In this document: positions 19,281 through 28,696 of the stretch, in pieces
Position numbering within the stretch: the first letter of the stretch is position 1
How the letters are laid out: the number at the start of each line of letters is the position of its first letter
Source of the DNA: Cyanophyceae cyanobacterium
GTDB taxonomy: Bacteria; Cyanobacteriota; Cyanobacteriia; Cyanobacteriales; JBHJGN01
DNA: 64,000 nucleotides
Assembly (NCBI GenBank): GCA_050331735.1
Contig: JBHJGN010000023.1
Coordinates: forward strand, 96,001-160,000
Direction of reading: 5' to 3'
Made by a program: the position numbers and the translations under genes
The notes under the pieces: generated by a model
What the model was told of the DNA's origin: nothing
The model's input: only the letters and a program-made list of their open reading frames with translations
The model's database searches: none

Positions 19281-20651
19281 TTAGACGTTAGTTAAGTGGT
19301 TGAGGAGGAGAGGACAAACAGCGGTGGCTTCGATGGCGGCTGCGGTGAGGAGAGCTTTTTGTGGGGTGATGAGCAGCGGTCCCTCTGCGGGGGATTGAGG
19401 GAGACAGCCGTGGGAACCGCGCACCAAGGAGGCATCGAGGGGAATTACGTCTAGGAGAGTGCGCAAGCCGAGCTTTTTTTGGAGGAGCTTCCAACCGACT
19501 TTGGCCTGGGGGAGCTTGAGCTGGGGGTCGAGAAACAATTCTACCGGATCGTAGCCCGGTTTGCGGTGGATATCGACTGTGCGGGCAAAATCGGGGGCGC
19601 GGCGGTCGTCGAGCCAGTAGTAGTAGGTAAACCAAGCATTCGGTTCGGCGATCACCACGAGTTCCCCAGAGCGAGGATGGTCGAGATGGGCAGCACGTTT
19701 TCCCTCGTCATCGAGCACCTGAGCGACTCCTGGAGTGGCTTCTAGGATGGCGCAGACTCGCTCTATCGATGCCGGATCGTTAACGTAGACGTGAGCAAGC
19801 TGATGATCGGCAACGGCAAAGGCGGTACTGGCTCCGGGGTCGAGGAGTTCTCGGCCCAGTTCTTCACGAACGGCAATGAATCCGCGATCGCGCAACAGGC
19901 GGTTGAGGTGTACAGGTTGAGAAACCGCGCTGATGCCGTACTCTGATAACACGATGACCTGAGCGTTTCGGGCTTCGTAAAAGTCGATCAGTTCTTGACA
20001 AACAGCATCAATCTCATCAAGATCCTGCTGTACTTTCTTGACATCAGGACCAAAACGCTGTAAACAATAATCGAGGTGCGGCAAGTAGACGAGGGTTAGG
20101 GTAGGGCTGTAGCGCTGCTCTGTCCATTGAGCAGACTGGGCAATCCACTGAGTCGCCGCGATGCCAGTTTTCGGACCCCAAAAGCTAAACAGCGGAAATT
20201 GACCCAACTCCGACTGAATAGAGCGAATTGTGGTTGGTTGAGTATAAATATCAGGAAGCTTACGCCCGTCTGCGGGGTACATCGGTCGCGGCGTAATCGC
20301 ATAATCAGCCGAGGAGTACATATTGTACCACCAAAACAAATTGGCGCAGGTAAATTCAGGATCGATGGCCTTGGCCATCTCCCACACTTTAGGAGCCTGC
20401 ACCAGTTTATTCGACTGTCGCCAAAACTTGACTTCACATTCGTCTCGAAAATACCAGCCGTTGGCCACAATGCCGTGTTCATCGGGCAGTTTCCCCGTGA
20501 GATAAGTAGCCTGCACCGAACAGGTCACTGCTGGCAGGACCGATTTCACGGCGGCTGTTTGTCCCCGCGCCGCCCAAGCCGACAGCAACGGCATCCGTTC
20601 GAGGAGGCGAGGCGTTAAACCCACAACGTTTAAAACAACGGTTTTTTTCAT
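19281..20651 (-). CDS. eboF: Alkaline phosphatase/nucleotide pyrophosphatase family protein EboF
   Basis: LNVVGLT, PAVTCSVQ, HGIVANGW, HLDY, SEYG, GSHG; last gene of the ebo run. Confidence 0.9.
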   Translation of the reverse strand: MKKTVVLNVVGLTPRLLERMPLLSAWAARGQTAAVKSVLPAVTCSVQATYLTGKLPDEHGIVANGWYFRDECEVKFWRQSNKLVQAPKVWEMAKAIDPEFTCANLFWWYNMYSSADYAITPRPMYPADGRKLPDIYTQPTTIRSIQSELGQFPLFSFWGPKTGIAATQWIAQSAQWTEQRYSPTLTLVYLPHLDYCLQRFGPDVKKVQQDLDEIDAVCQELIDFYEARNAQVIVLSEYGISAVSQPVHLNRLLRDRGFIAVREELGRELLDPGASTAFAVADHQLAHVYVNDPASIERVCAILEATPGVAQVLDDEGKRAAHLDHPRSGELVVIAEPNAWFTYYYWLDDRRAPDFARTVDIHRKPGYDPVELFLDPQLKLPQAKVGWKLLQKKLGLRTLLDVIPLDASLVRGSHGCLPQSPAEGPLLITPQKALLTAAAIEATAVCPLLLNHLTNV

Positions 20652-20693
20652 CGGTACAGGTTAGTTTGACGGTGAGTAATCAGCAATGAACAG

Positions 20694-21971
20694 TTAATTG
20701 TTGATTGCTGATTGTTGATTGGCAACGCTTACTAAAGTGGCTGGTCTCTGTCTATTTTTAGCCATCATCTGCTCTAAAACCCATTGATATTCACGCTCAA
20801 TAGAGTTGGATAAATCGAGCTTCATATCGGTAGGGAGAACGTCCCAGGTATAGGTTTCGATTTCTAAATGCTGGCAGACGGGTTGAGCGAGCAGCAGTTG
20901 GAGAAGCTCTACCAGGTGATCTTGAGTTGACTGCAAAATGTGGTAATCGTGGATGAAGATCGGGACGTGGAAGTGGGTGCGTAACTCCTCGGCGGGAGAC
21001 TGTTCGAGGGAGGAGAGGGCAGCAACAAGATCTCGGTAGTGACAGAGCGTTCCATCAGCAAACCGTTCGATGACCTGGTGTAAATAGGTAGACTCGGCAA
21101 AGGGGCGCAAGCGATTCAAAACCAAGCTCCGCTGTCCTGGAGGAGGTAAAGTCACTTTGATGGCGGCGCTAAGCTGAATTTTGCCAATCTTAATTCCAAC
21201 CTGGCTAAAGCGGTTCAATACAGCAGCGGGTTCCTCATACTCAACGGCAAAGTGGCAGGTGTCGTAGCAAACGTTAATGTGTTCGAGCAGCATCGTCTCG
21301 GCGGTGGACCGAGACAGGCTGTTGCGTTCGGCTAAGTAACCGCCGCCAATAGGCAGTAACCAATCTTGGAAAAAGTTGACCACTTCCGCCGCGTTTTCTA
21401 GCAGGCCATCGGGTTCTGGTTCTAAATCAACGTGAAGAAGTTTGCCCGTTTCCTGCCGCAGGCGCTCCAGTTCAGCAACCATCAGCGCTAAGTTAACACT
21501 GCTCTCAGTAAGAACACGGCAGCGCTGCGTCCCAACGTGCCAGGGTTTGTAGGACAAAGGCAGCGTAGAAATACTGCCGTCCATGCCTGCTGGCAGCAGA
21601 TGAGTGAGAATTCGAGCCAAGCGGAACGTGTAGGCTAGGCGTGATCGCTCGGTCCAGTCGGGAGCATACACCCGATCTTTGACCACCTGATGATGAAAGC
21701 CGCCGTAGGGAAAGCCATTCAGGGTAAAAACGTAGAGGCTGTGTTGGGCAAGCCACGTCTGGAACTGAGCCAGATTATCTTCTGCTAATAGTTCCCGCGA
21801 GGCGCGATCGCCGAGGCGCAAACCGACGCCAAAGGGAGCGTCAGGAGCGATGCGGGCTTTCAGGGGAGGAAGATAGTGGTGTAGATTAGCAAAGACCTGT
21901 TGCCAATCTTCGCCGGGATGAATATTCGTACAGTAGGTTAAATGGAAGTGAGGAGCCGTGCCGATTTTCAT
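20694..21971 (-). CDS. eboE: Xylose-isomerase-like TIM-barrel protein EboE
   Basis: LTYCTNIHPGE, NGFPYG.FH..VK..VY.PDW, LEPEP, CYDTCH, HFHVP, EIETYTW. Confidence 0.92.
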   Translation of the reverse strand: MKIGTAPHFHLTYCTNIHPGEDWQQVFANLHHYLPPLKARIAPDAPFGVGLRLGDRASRELLAEDNLAQFQTWLAQHSLYVFTLNGFPYGGFHHQVVKDRVYAPDWTERSRLAYTFRLARILTHLLPAGMDGSISTLPLSYKPWHVGTQRCRVLTESSVNLALMVAELERLRQETGKLLHVDLEPEPDGLLENAAEVVNFFQDWLLPIGGGYLAERNSLSRSTAETMLLEHINVCYDTCHFAVEYEEPAAVLNRFSQVGIKIGKIQLSAAIKVTLPPPGQRSLVLNRLRPFAESTYLHQVIERFADGTLCHYRDLVAALSSLEQSPAEELRTHFHVPIFIHDYHILQSTQDHLVELLQLLLAQPVCQHLEIETYTWDVLPTDMKLDLSNSIEREYQWVLEQMMAKNRQRPATLVSVANQQSAINN

Positions 21972-22074
21972 GATTAATTAGGATAGCGAGCAAGAAGCGA
22001 ATCAGTAGCGAGGTGCGAGCGAGTGGAAAGAGAGTCGGGCAACGGCTTGAGCGTTTCTAACTCCTTAACGAGAA

Positions 22075-23349
22075 TCAATTTAAGGTATGTTCAGTATCGC
22101 CCTCATAACTATGCGCCAGTAAGCTAGCTAAATCTGGATTTTCCGGTAGCCAATTAACTAATTTCGATTGGTGAAGTGTGAATTGTGAATTAGCGATTTT
22201 TAACAACAAAGCGGCCTGTTGGTAGAGAGCAATATCGACTTCGTGAACTTCCACGCCTTGCCCAATATTTTCTAGCAGCATAATGGTTAACTCTCCGCCC
22301 AGGTGTTCCCGAAATTCGGTGAGTCCTTGAAAAAGCGAGCTAGATTCGCTTAGTTCAGGAACGGACAGCGCAAAGCCCAAAGATTTCAACGTGCTGAGAA
22401 TCTGTTGCCAGCACCGCTGCGGGAGTAGTCCGGCTAGGTAGGAATAGGTGCTGTCTAAAGCGATACCAATAGCGACAGCTTCCCCGTGACGGAGACGGTA
22501 GTGAGTGAGGTGTTCGAGGCGATGTGCTGCCCAATGTCCGAAATCGAGAGGACGGGAAGACCCTGCTTCAAACGGATCGCCAGCCGTGGCAATGTGCTGG
22601 AGGTGAAGCTGAGCACAGCGATAGATGATCTGCTGCATCGTTTCGAGGTGGCGAGCAGAGATCGCCTCGGTGTGGCGAGCAATCTGATCGAAAAAGCTCG
22701 CGTCTTTGATCAGAGCGACTTTAATCGCTTCGGCGACCCCAGAGCGCCAGTCGCGCTCGTCTAGAGTTGTGAGAAACTGGCAGTCGTTGAGAACAGCGTA
22801 GGGAGGCGCAAAGGTGCCGAGGAAGTTCTTTTTGCCAAAGGCGTTGATGCCGTTTTTGACTCCAACTCCTGAATCATTTTGGGCTAGAACCGTTGTGGGC
22901 ACTCGAATGAGGCGAACGCCTCGATGGGCAGTAGCGGCGGCATAGCCAACGAGATCGAGAACGGCTCCGCCGCCAATGGCAATGATATAGGAATGGCGGC
23001 ACAGCCCCACTTGCTCAACAACGGCGTGAATGTGCTCTAGCAGCTTCGGGTCGTTTTTAGACGCTTCCCCACCGGGAACGATGACGGGCGGGGCGACGAG
23101 GGTCAGAAAATCTTGGTAGCGCTGCGCGTAGGCTTCGAGTTGTGCCGCTAGGTTGTGGTGTGCCAACACGCCAGAGTCAACAACGGCGATCGCTTTTTTC
23201 GGACCAGGTTCTTTATCAGCAGCAATGACCTGAGCCAATAAGGGATTTTTCGCCTTCAATAGTCCGGTTGTGAAATGAACGTCGTAGTGGAAGGTAACAG
23301 GAACACACTGCCGAATCGGATGAAAGCAGAGCGCGGGATTGGGGTTCAT
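22075..23349 (-). CDS. eboD: 3-dehydroquinate synthase-like sugar-phosphate cyclase EboD
   Basis: GGE..K, IGGGAVLD..G, PTTVLAQNDSGVGVKN, DFGHW.AH, HGEAV. Confidence 0.9.
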   Translation of the reverse strand: MNPNPALCFHPIRQCVPVTFHYDVHFTTGLLKAKNPLLAQVIAADKEPGPKKAIAVVDSGVLAHHNLAAQLEAYAQRYQDFLTLVAPPVIVPGGEASKNDPKLLEHIHAVVEQVGLCRHSYIIAIGGGAVLDLVGYAAATAHRGVRLIRVPTTVLAQNDSGVGVKNGINAFGKKNFLGTFAPPYAVLNDCQFLTTLDERDWRSGVAEAIKVALIKDASFFDQIARHTEAISARHLETMQQIIYRCAQLHLQHIATAGDPFEAGSSRPLDFGHWAAHRLEHLTHYRLRHGEAVAIGIALDSTYSYLAGLLPQRCWQQILSTLKSLGFALSVPELSESSSLFQGLTEFREHLGGELTIMLLENIGQGVEVHEVDIALYQQAALLLKIANSQFTLHQSKLVNWLPENPDLASLLAHSYEGDTEHTLN

Positions 23350-23467
23350 GAGCAGCTTGTTTGAGTCGCTAGGTGTAATGAAGATAGTGGAGTTGGAAAA
23401 AGGGAGAGCGTTTTGTCTCTCTACTTAAATAGTTTTGAGCTGTTAGCTCTTCGCTAAGAGCTTTCCT

Positions 23468-24355
23468 CTAAGTGACGGTAAACAGTCGAGCGAGGGCAAT
23501 GGAAAGGGGGAGCAATCCGAGAACGAGCAAGCCTGCTAAGCTATCGGCAAAACCAGCAGCGAGGGAGGCATCGAGCAGAATTAAGGACAGTACGCCTCGC
23601 TTCACAGCAGCGCGAATGAACTCGGCGCTCGGATGACGAGTGGCCTGGATAAAAGGCGGGAGGACTCGTCCAGCCAGCAGCAGCACAAAGGGCAGAGCCC
23701 TCAGCAGCGCATAGTTTGGCAATAGTCCCAGAGCTATCAGACTGCCTAATACCAGTGCCAGCAGCGCTAGCGCCCCCCATCCGGTGCGGCTTTTCCCGCC
23801 GTGAACCTCTCCTTGGCTAATAGCGGTGACGGCAGCGATATAGGCAATGGGAATGAGAGCAAGAAAGGGCTGCTCGAGCGTCGCGGCGGGAACAGCGCTG
23901 ATGCCGAGCAGCAGGTTGCCCCCCCGACAGAGGCCCATATTTAGGGGACCAAGCAGGGGATGATGCTTACTGTAGGCATCGTAGACTAAGGCCGCTAGGG
24001 CGATTGCTCCGGCGAGAATGGTGCTCGCGAGAGAAACCTGAGCAGCCGCCAGAATACCAACCGCGAGGAGAACGCTGCCGAGACCAATGGCGGCGGTACG
24101 AGAAATGCGATCGCTCGGGATTGGTCGTTCGGGTCTTTCCTGGGCATCGAGTTCAGCATCAAAGACATCGTTAAACACCACGCCACCGCCGTAGAGACCT
24201 GTTGTGGCCAGCAGCAGCCATACTAACGGAACCCAATCAATCCCGATTCCCGCAGCGGCAAAGCCAGCTAGAATATCGGCCCAAGCCGTAACAATGTTGG
24301 CAGGGCGCATGAGCTGTAAATAAGCCCAGAAGGGCGGCTTCAGAGTAGTGTTCAT
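23468..24355 (-). CDS. eboC: UbiA-family prenyltransferase EboC
   Basis: LMRPAN, NDVFDAELD..ERP.RPIP, YDAYSK, multiple TM helices. Confidence 0.92.
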   Translation of the reverse strand: MNTTLKPPFWAYLQLMRPANIVTAWADILAGFAAAGIGIDWVPLVWLLLATTGLYGGGVVFNDVFDAELDAQERPERPIPSDRISRTAAIGLGSVLLAVGILAAAQVSLASTILAGAIALAALVYDAYSKHHPLLGPLNMGLCRGGNLLLGISAVPAATLEQPFLALIPIAYIAAVTAISQGEVHGGKSRTGWGALALLALVLGSLIALGLLPNYALLRALPFVLLLAGRVLPPFIQATRHPSAEFIRAAVKRGVLSLILLDASLAAGFADSLAGLLVLGLLPLSIALARLFTVT

Positions 24356-24365
24356 GTCATTAATA

Positions 24366-24434
24366 GCGCCATCGGCGCGGGGGAAAGTTGCTCCGCAACG
24401 GGGAAAGGGGAAAGGGGCAGGGAGAAAGGGGGGA
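24366..24434. repeat. Dispersed mini-hairpin/GGGGAAA repeat element, copy 2
   Basis: GCGCC-ATC-GGCGC (24366-78) and GTTGC-TCC-GCAAC (24387-99), then GGGGAAA runs. Confidence 0.85.
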
Positions 24435-24478
24435 ATTGTTAGGCTCCTGAACCCTGTATTCTTTAAGGGCAGGGTTAA

Positions 24479-25393
24479 CTATTTGATAATCAAGGATTCG
24501 GGGCTGAGTTCTACCGTGGGGTTTTGCCCCCGCAGCACCGAGTTACCGTTAAACATCTCCCGCTGGTCGATCGCCTGCGGGTTGAGCCAGTCGGCGGAGC
24601 GCATCTGTCCGCTCTGGCTATACGCGACCAACGCATTTTCGTAACACACCGAGCGCACCTGCTCGGTCGGAATGCCCCGCTCTATCATGAGCTGAGCCGT
24701 TTTGGGAACGGCGAGCGGGTCGCTAATGCCCCAGTCAGCGCTGCTGTCTACGATGATCCGCTCTGCTCCATACTGGCGCACTACCTCGACCATGCGAGCG
24801 TTGCCCATTTTGGTATAGGGATAAATGGTAAATGCTGCCCAAAAGCCCCGCTCCAGGACTTCCTGTACCGTTTCTTCGTTGTTGTGGTCGATAATAACCC
24901 GCGACGGCTCCAGCCCATGCTCTAGGCATACATCCATGCTGCGGCTGGTTCCCGCTTTTTTGTTGCGGTGTGGCGTATGAATGAGAACGAGCATCTCCAG
25001 CTCTTTTGCTAGCTCAAGCTGCTGGCGGAAGTAGTGGTCTTCGGTTGGGGTCATATCGTCATAGCCAATTTCTCCAATGGCAACGACTCTCTCTTTGCAG
25101 GCAAACAGCGGCAGCAGCTCCATCACGACTTCAGCTAAGGCTTCGTTGTTCGCTTCTTTTGGGTTTAGACCAATGGTGCAGTAGTGCTGAATGCCGAACT
25201 GCGACGCTCGAAAACGTTCCCAGCCCACCAAGCTGCTGAAGTAATCCTTGAAGCTACCGGCATTCGTGCGCGGCTGTCCTAACCAAAAAGCGGGTTCAAT
25301 CACGGCGACCACTCCTGACTCCCGCATCGTGAGGTAGTCGTAAGTGGTGCGAGCCGTCATGTGAATGTGAGGGTCAATGTACATTTGGTTCAT
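24479..25393 (-). CDS. eboB: TatD-family metallohydrolase EboB
   Basis: DPHIH, AIGEIG, IHTPH, IIDH, DSSADW. Confidence 0.92.
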   Translation of the reverse strand: MNQMYIDPHIHMTARTTYDYLTMRESGVVAVIEPAFWLGQPRTNAGSFKDYFSSLVGWERFRASQFGIQHYCTIGLNPKEANNEALAEVVMELLPLFACKERVVAIGEIGYDDMTPTEDHYFRQQLELAKELEMLVLIHTPHRNKKAGTSRSMDVCLEHGLEPSRVIIDHNNEETVQEVLERGFWAAFTIYPYTKMGNARMVEVVRQYGAERIIVDSSADWGISDPLAVPKTAQLMIERGIPTEQVRSVCYENALVAYSQSGQMRSADWLNPQAIDQREMFNGNSVLRGQNPTVELSPESLIIK

Positions 25394-25473
25394 AGTTAAT
25401 CAATGATGTCGTCCTTATTCAGTGACCGGTTGCCGATTGATGGTGCTGAGTAAGTTAATAATTTGTTTGTTCA

Positions 25474-26397
25474 TCAAATTAATTTGGTCACTGATAACTG
25501 TAAGAAGTTGTCCCAGGTTAAGCGTCCCGATCGCACAGCCGATTCCAAGTCTGGGTGGCTAGCGAGCAGTGCTTGGGCTTCTGGGCGGTTACTCTGGGCG
25601 CAGGCGAGGGCCGCAGCGGCTTTTTGGGTCGGATCTGGCTGAGCAAACAGCCGCTCTAGATCGGTGACGAGAGTGAGGGTGCCGTAACTACCAACGGCTC
25701 GCCACAGTTCGGGGGAAACGCTTCGCTGGGCTGACCAGCGTTCGTGGGCGTAGTCGATTAACATTTGCGCCAGTTCGGGGTTGGTGCGCTGGTCGAGTCT
25801 GTGAATGAGATGGAGTGGGCTGTCAACAAACAGCGCTTTCAGCACCAGTTGATTCCAGGCTCCGTCGTCAAAATACTCAGAGGGATAGGGGTTGCGGAGG
25901 GCAACGGCATTAAACACTGCTGTTATGTTGCTGCGCAGCCCCTCCGCTGCTCGCAAACGAAACTGTTCTGGGTACGGCAGTAGCGGTAAGGCTTGGTAGA
26001 GGGCCACTAATTCCCCGATATCCGCCGCGTTGAAGAGCTGCTCGAGGGGATGTTGGTAGGAGGCGGCATCGCGCTCGGGTAGCGACAGCACCAGCAGGGT
26101 TCGAGCCGTCTGAGTGAGGCTCCAGTGTTTGGGATTCCAGCCGGGACGGATTCTGGCGATCGCCTGCCAGTCTTCTGTGGTGAGCTGAAGAGGCTCTTTG
26201 CTAATCTGGCGCGGCACGGCACTAAACGCAGCAAACAACACTCGCGCTGGCGCTCCTTGAACAATCTGTTGTCTCTTTTGCTCCAGCCATTCTAAGCCCT
26301 CTAGGGAAGTCTGCCGCGAGAGCCAGTGATGGAGTAGAGAAGTAACACTCATTTGGTCTAGATTTTGGGCAATATACATAAGACCTTTTGCAAACAT
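25474..26397 (-). CDS. eboA: EboA protein
   Basis: ALYQALPLL, A.EGLRSN...VF.A.A..NPYP..YF...WNQLVLK, YAHERW; first gene of the ebo run. Confidence 0.9.
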   Translation of the reverse strand: MFAKGLMYIAQNLDQMSVTSLLHHWLSRQTSLEGLEWLEQKRQQIVQGAPARVLFAAFSAVPRQISKEPLQLTTEDWQAIARIRPGWNPKHWSLTQTARTLLVLSLPERDAASYQHPLEQLFNAADIGELVALYQALPLLPYPEQFRLRAAEGLRSNITAVFNAVALRNPYPSEYFDDGAWNQLVLKALFVDSPLHLIHRLDQRTNPELAQMLIDYAHERWSAQRSVSPELWRAVGSYGTLTLVTDLERLFAQPDPTQKAAAALACAQSNRPEAQALLASHPDLESAVRSGRLTWDNFLQLSVTKLI

Positions 26398-26582
26398 TGA
26401 TAGAACCCCATTGAAAAAATCATAAGTTTATTTCGCTTTCTCCCCTCAGTTTCTTGTCATTAAATTGCTCACAATTTTGTTTCTCTTCTTTTACTCCACT
26501 AAAAGCTCTCGAAAATTATGCATGAAGTTTACAGCGTTCATATCTTTACTAGAAAGAGACACTAGGGAAAAGACGTAAGCTG

Positions 26583-28316
26583 CTATTGCCTATGTCGTCT
26601 AGCCGCTACTGCCCCACCGCCTAGCAGGAGCAAACCAAGGATTGAGGACGGTTCGGGAACGGTAGCCGCTTCTTGGCCAAGATTATCTCCGGCGATCCGA
26701 ATGCGGTTATTAATGCCTCTGGCTAAATAAACGTTGCCACTGCCGTCTACGGCAACCTGGTCGTCAGCAATCGTATAGATTTCTCCGTTGCTATCCACAA
26801 GCTCAATGCGGTTAGCGATTTTCTCGGCCTGGTAATAATCTTCATCTCGATTGCCAACGATCTCGTCAGCAAACACAATTTGCCCGTCGCTATCAACCCC
26901 CAGGTCTGCGAACACCTCCTCGATGTTAAATTCGCCCCCAACGGTGAAGCTTTGCCCAAGCCCTACCTGGGGAGGAATGCTGTCGGGAATGTTGCCGCTG
27001 GCGTAGTTGGCGAGGAAGTAAAGAAAGTTGCCGTCGATGTCGTCGCCGCTGCCAAATTCGGCCAGCACAGTATCGAGAACTTCAGGACTAAGAAATTCTA
27101 GCCAACCGTTCGCTTCTGGATTGCTAGCATCGTTGGCGAGGTAACGAACAAATTCAGGACTGAGGACATCGGCGCTATCGACACCGCCACCCATTGCTGC
27201 GGCATCTCCATTGACCTGACGCTCGGAATTGCTGTTGCTGCCGAATAACGACAGACTGGTGTCGGATATTTGAAGGCTGTTGTTGATGCCGTCTACTAGA
27301 TAAACGCTTTCTTTGTCTGCAATCTCGCTAGTTTTAATGACCTGAAGGGCATTGTTGAAGCCGTCAATCAGGTGAACGCCAAGCTGCTCTGAGGTAATGT
27401 CAATTTGGGAATTGATGGCCGTGCCGCCGCTGTACGCACCGCGCTGAAGCGATAGGTTACTGCCAGCCGCATTGACCGGTTCATTGACGGAAAGATTCTT
27501 CACCCATCCTAAATTTCGGTTAGGGTTGCCGACGTTGTTGATAATGTCCGCTTCTAATTCCTCGTCGGATGCACTATCGAAGGGTCCGTCAGCGATATCG
27601 CTAAAGGCTTCCTCGAAACTACCGGATTCGCTACTGCTCACGTTCGCAATGAGAGCCCCGAGTTCGTCTCGAATCTCCTCGATGCTGGTTTCACCAGCAA
27701 AGAAATTACTATAGGCTACGGGGACAAGGGGATTGGCTCTTGGAACCCCTTTGCGGTTGGTTATTTCTAAGCGATTATTAAACCCGTCCACAATGTAGGT
27801 GTCATCCGGGGAGTTGGCAGCGTTAGCAGGAAGAGTGAGCAAGCCGTTCCTGCTTCCGTTGGTGGCGATGAGTCCGGTGTTGTTTGGGTCGCCGACCGCG
27901 ATACTTTGATTAAAATCATCAACCAGAAAGGCGTTGCCGCGCGCTGGAGCGAAGCTATCTTGTCCATCAGTAGCGGCAAGCACTCCGATAGTGGTATCGT
28001 CTAGTACTTGTAAGGTATTGTTAATGCCGTCAACGAAATAAACGTTGGTCTTTTTGGAAGCGTCGATCCCCGTCTGATTGAGGGCAGACGTGAACCAGAC
28101 GCTGCTATCTAGAACTTCAAGGACGTTATTGATGCCGTCAACGACGTAGATATTATTCGCGTTACTAATTTTTATAGCGGACGCAACCGAGTTGCTATTG
28201 GGGTTGCCAACGGTGCGCGAAAAGTCTAATGTTGTCGATGTTGCTTCGAGCGCGATCGCACTAACCATTAAACTAGCTCCAGCAAACACCACTGGCAAAG
28301 TCGAAAGTGGCTTCAT
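26583..28316 (-). CDS. Exported PEP-CTERM protein with degenerate NHL repeats (ScyF-like position)
   Basis: N-terminal signal-like segment, about 8 copies of (I/V)Y(V/L)VDG(I/F)NN.L(E/Q)V, C-terminal VPEPSSILGLLLLGGGAVAARRHRQ. Confidence 0.75.
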   Translation of the reverse strand: MKPLSTLPVVFAGASLMVSAIALEATSTTLDFSRTVGNPNSNSVASAIKISNANNIYVVDGINNVLEVLDSSVWFTSALNQTGIDASKKTNVYFVDGINNTLQVLDDTTIGVLAATDGQDSFAPARGNAFLVDDFNQSIAVGDPNNTGLIATNGSRNGLLTLPANAANSPDDTYIVDGFNNRLEITNRKGVPRANPLVPVAYSNFFAGETSIEEIRDELGALIANVSSSESGSFEEAFSDIADGPFDSASDEELEADIINNVGNPNRNLGWVKNLSVNEPVNAAGSNLSLQRGAYSGGTAINSQIDITSEQLGVHLIDGFNNALQVIKTSEIADKESVYLVDGINNSLQISDTSLSLFGSNSNSERQVNGDAAAMGGGVDSADVLSPEFVRYLANDASNPEANGWLEFLSPEVLDTVLAEFGSGDDIDGNFLYFLANYASGNIPDSIPPQVGLGQSFTVGGEFNIEEVFADLGVDSDGQIVFADEIVGNRDEDYYQAEKIANRIELVDSNGEIYTIADDQVAVDGSGNVYLARGINNRIRIAGDNLGQEAATVPEPSSILGLLLLGGGAVAARRHRQ

Positions 28317-28351
28317 GAGTAGAATCGGTGAGATTTAATATAATTAACTGA

Positions 28352-28545
28352 CGGGCGATCGCTTCCTTTGGCCCGAGGCGGGCGATCGCTAAACGCGCTA
28401 CCCGGCGCGACAAGCGTAGCGGCCTGCCAATGCAGGCTCTACGCCTGACCCATTACTCTGAAGCTAAAACCTCTCTGCTGGCAGAGAGTGGGAAAAAGCG
28501 CCCCAAGGCGCGGAAAAAGAGGAAGGTTCTGGAACCGTTTCCTCC
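28352..28545. repeat. Cluster of short palindromes and a HIP1-flanked insert
   Basis: CGGGCGATCGCT twice (28352, 28379); hairpins at 28414-44, 28471-88, 28498-511 (GCGCC-CCAA-GGCGC) and 28519-44. Confidence 0.75.
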
Positions 28546-28696
28546 TTAACAGCATCCGGTTCGTTCTGGCTTGATTTTCACCGTTCAACAACTGTTAGTA
28601 TGGGATAAAAATTTCAGTAAAGACTCCTCGCTCCCTATAACAACAGGAATTAGGTCTAGATGAAATTGGCAGCCCGTGAGATAGACTGGTCTCAAT

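Noticed and set aside
22075..23349. Mycosporine (MAA) DDG synthase MysA
   Set aside because: The gene sits inside eboA-F with no adjacent O-methyltransferase or ATP-grasp gene, which fits EboD.
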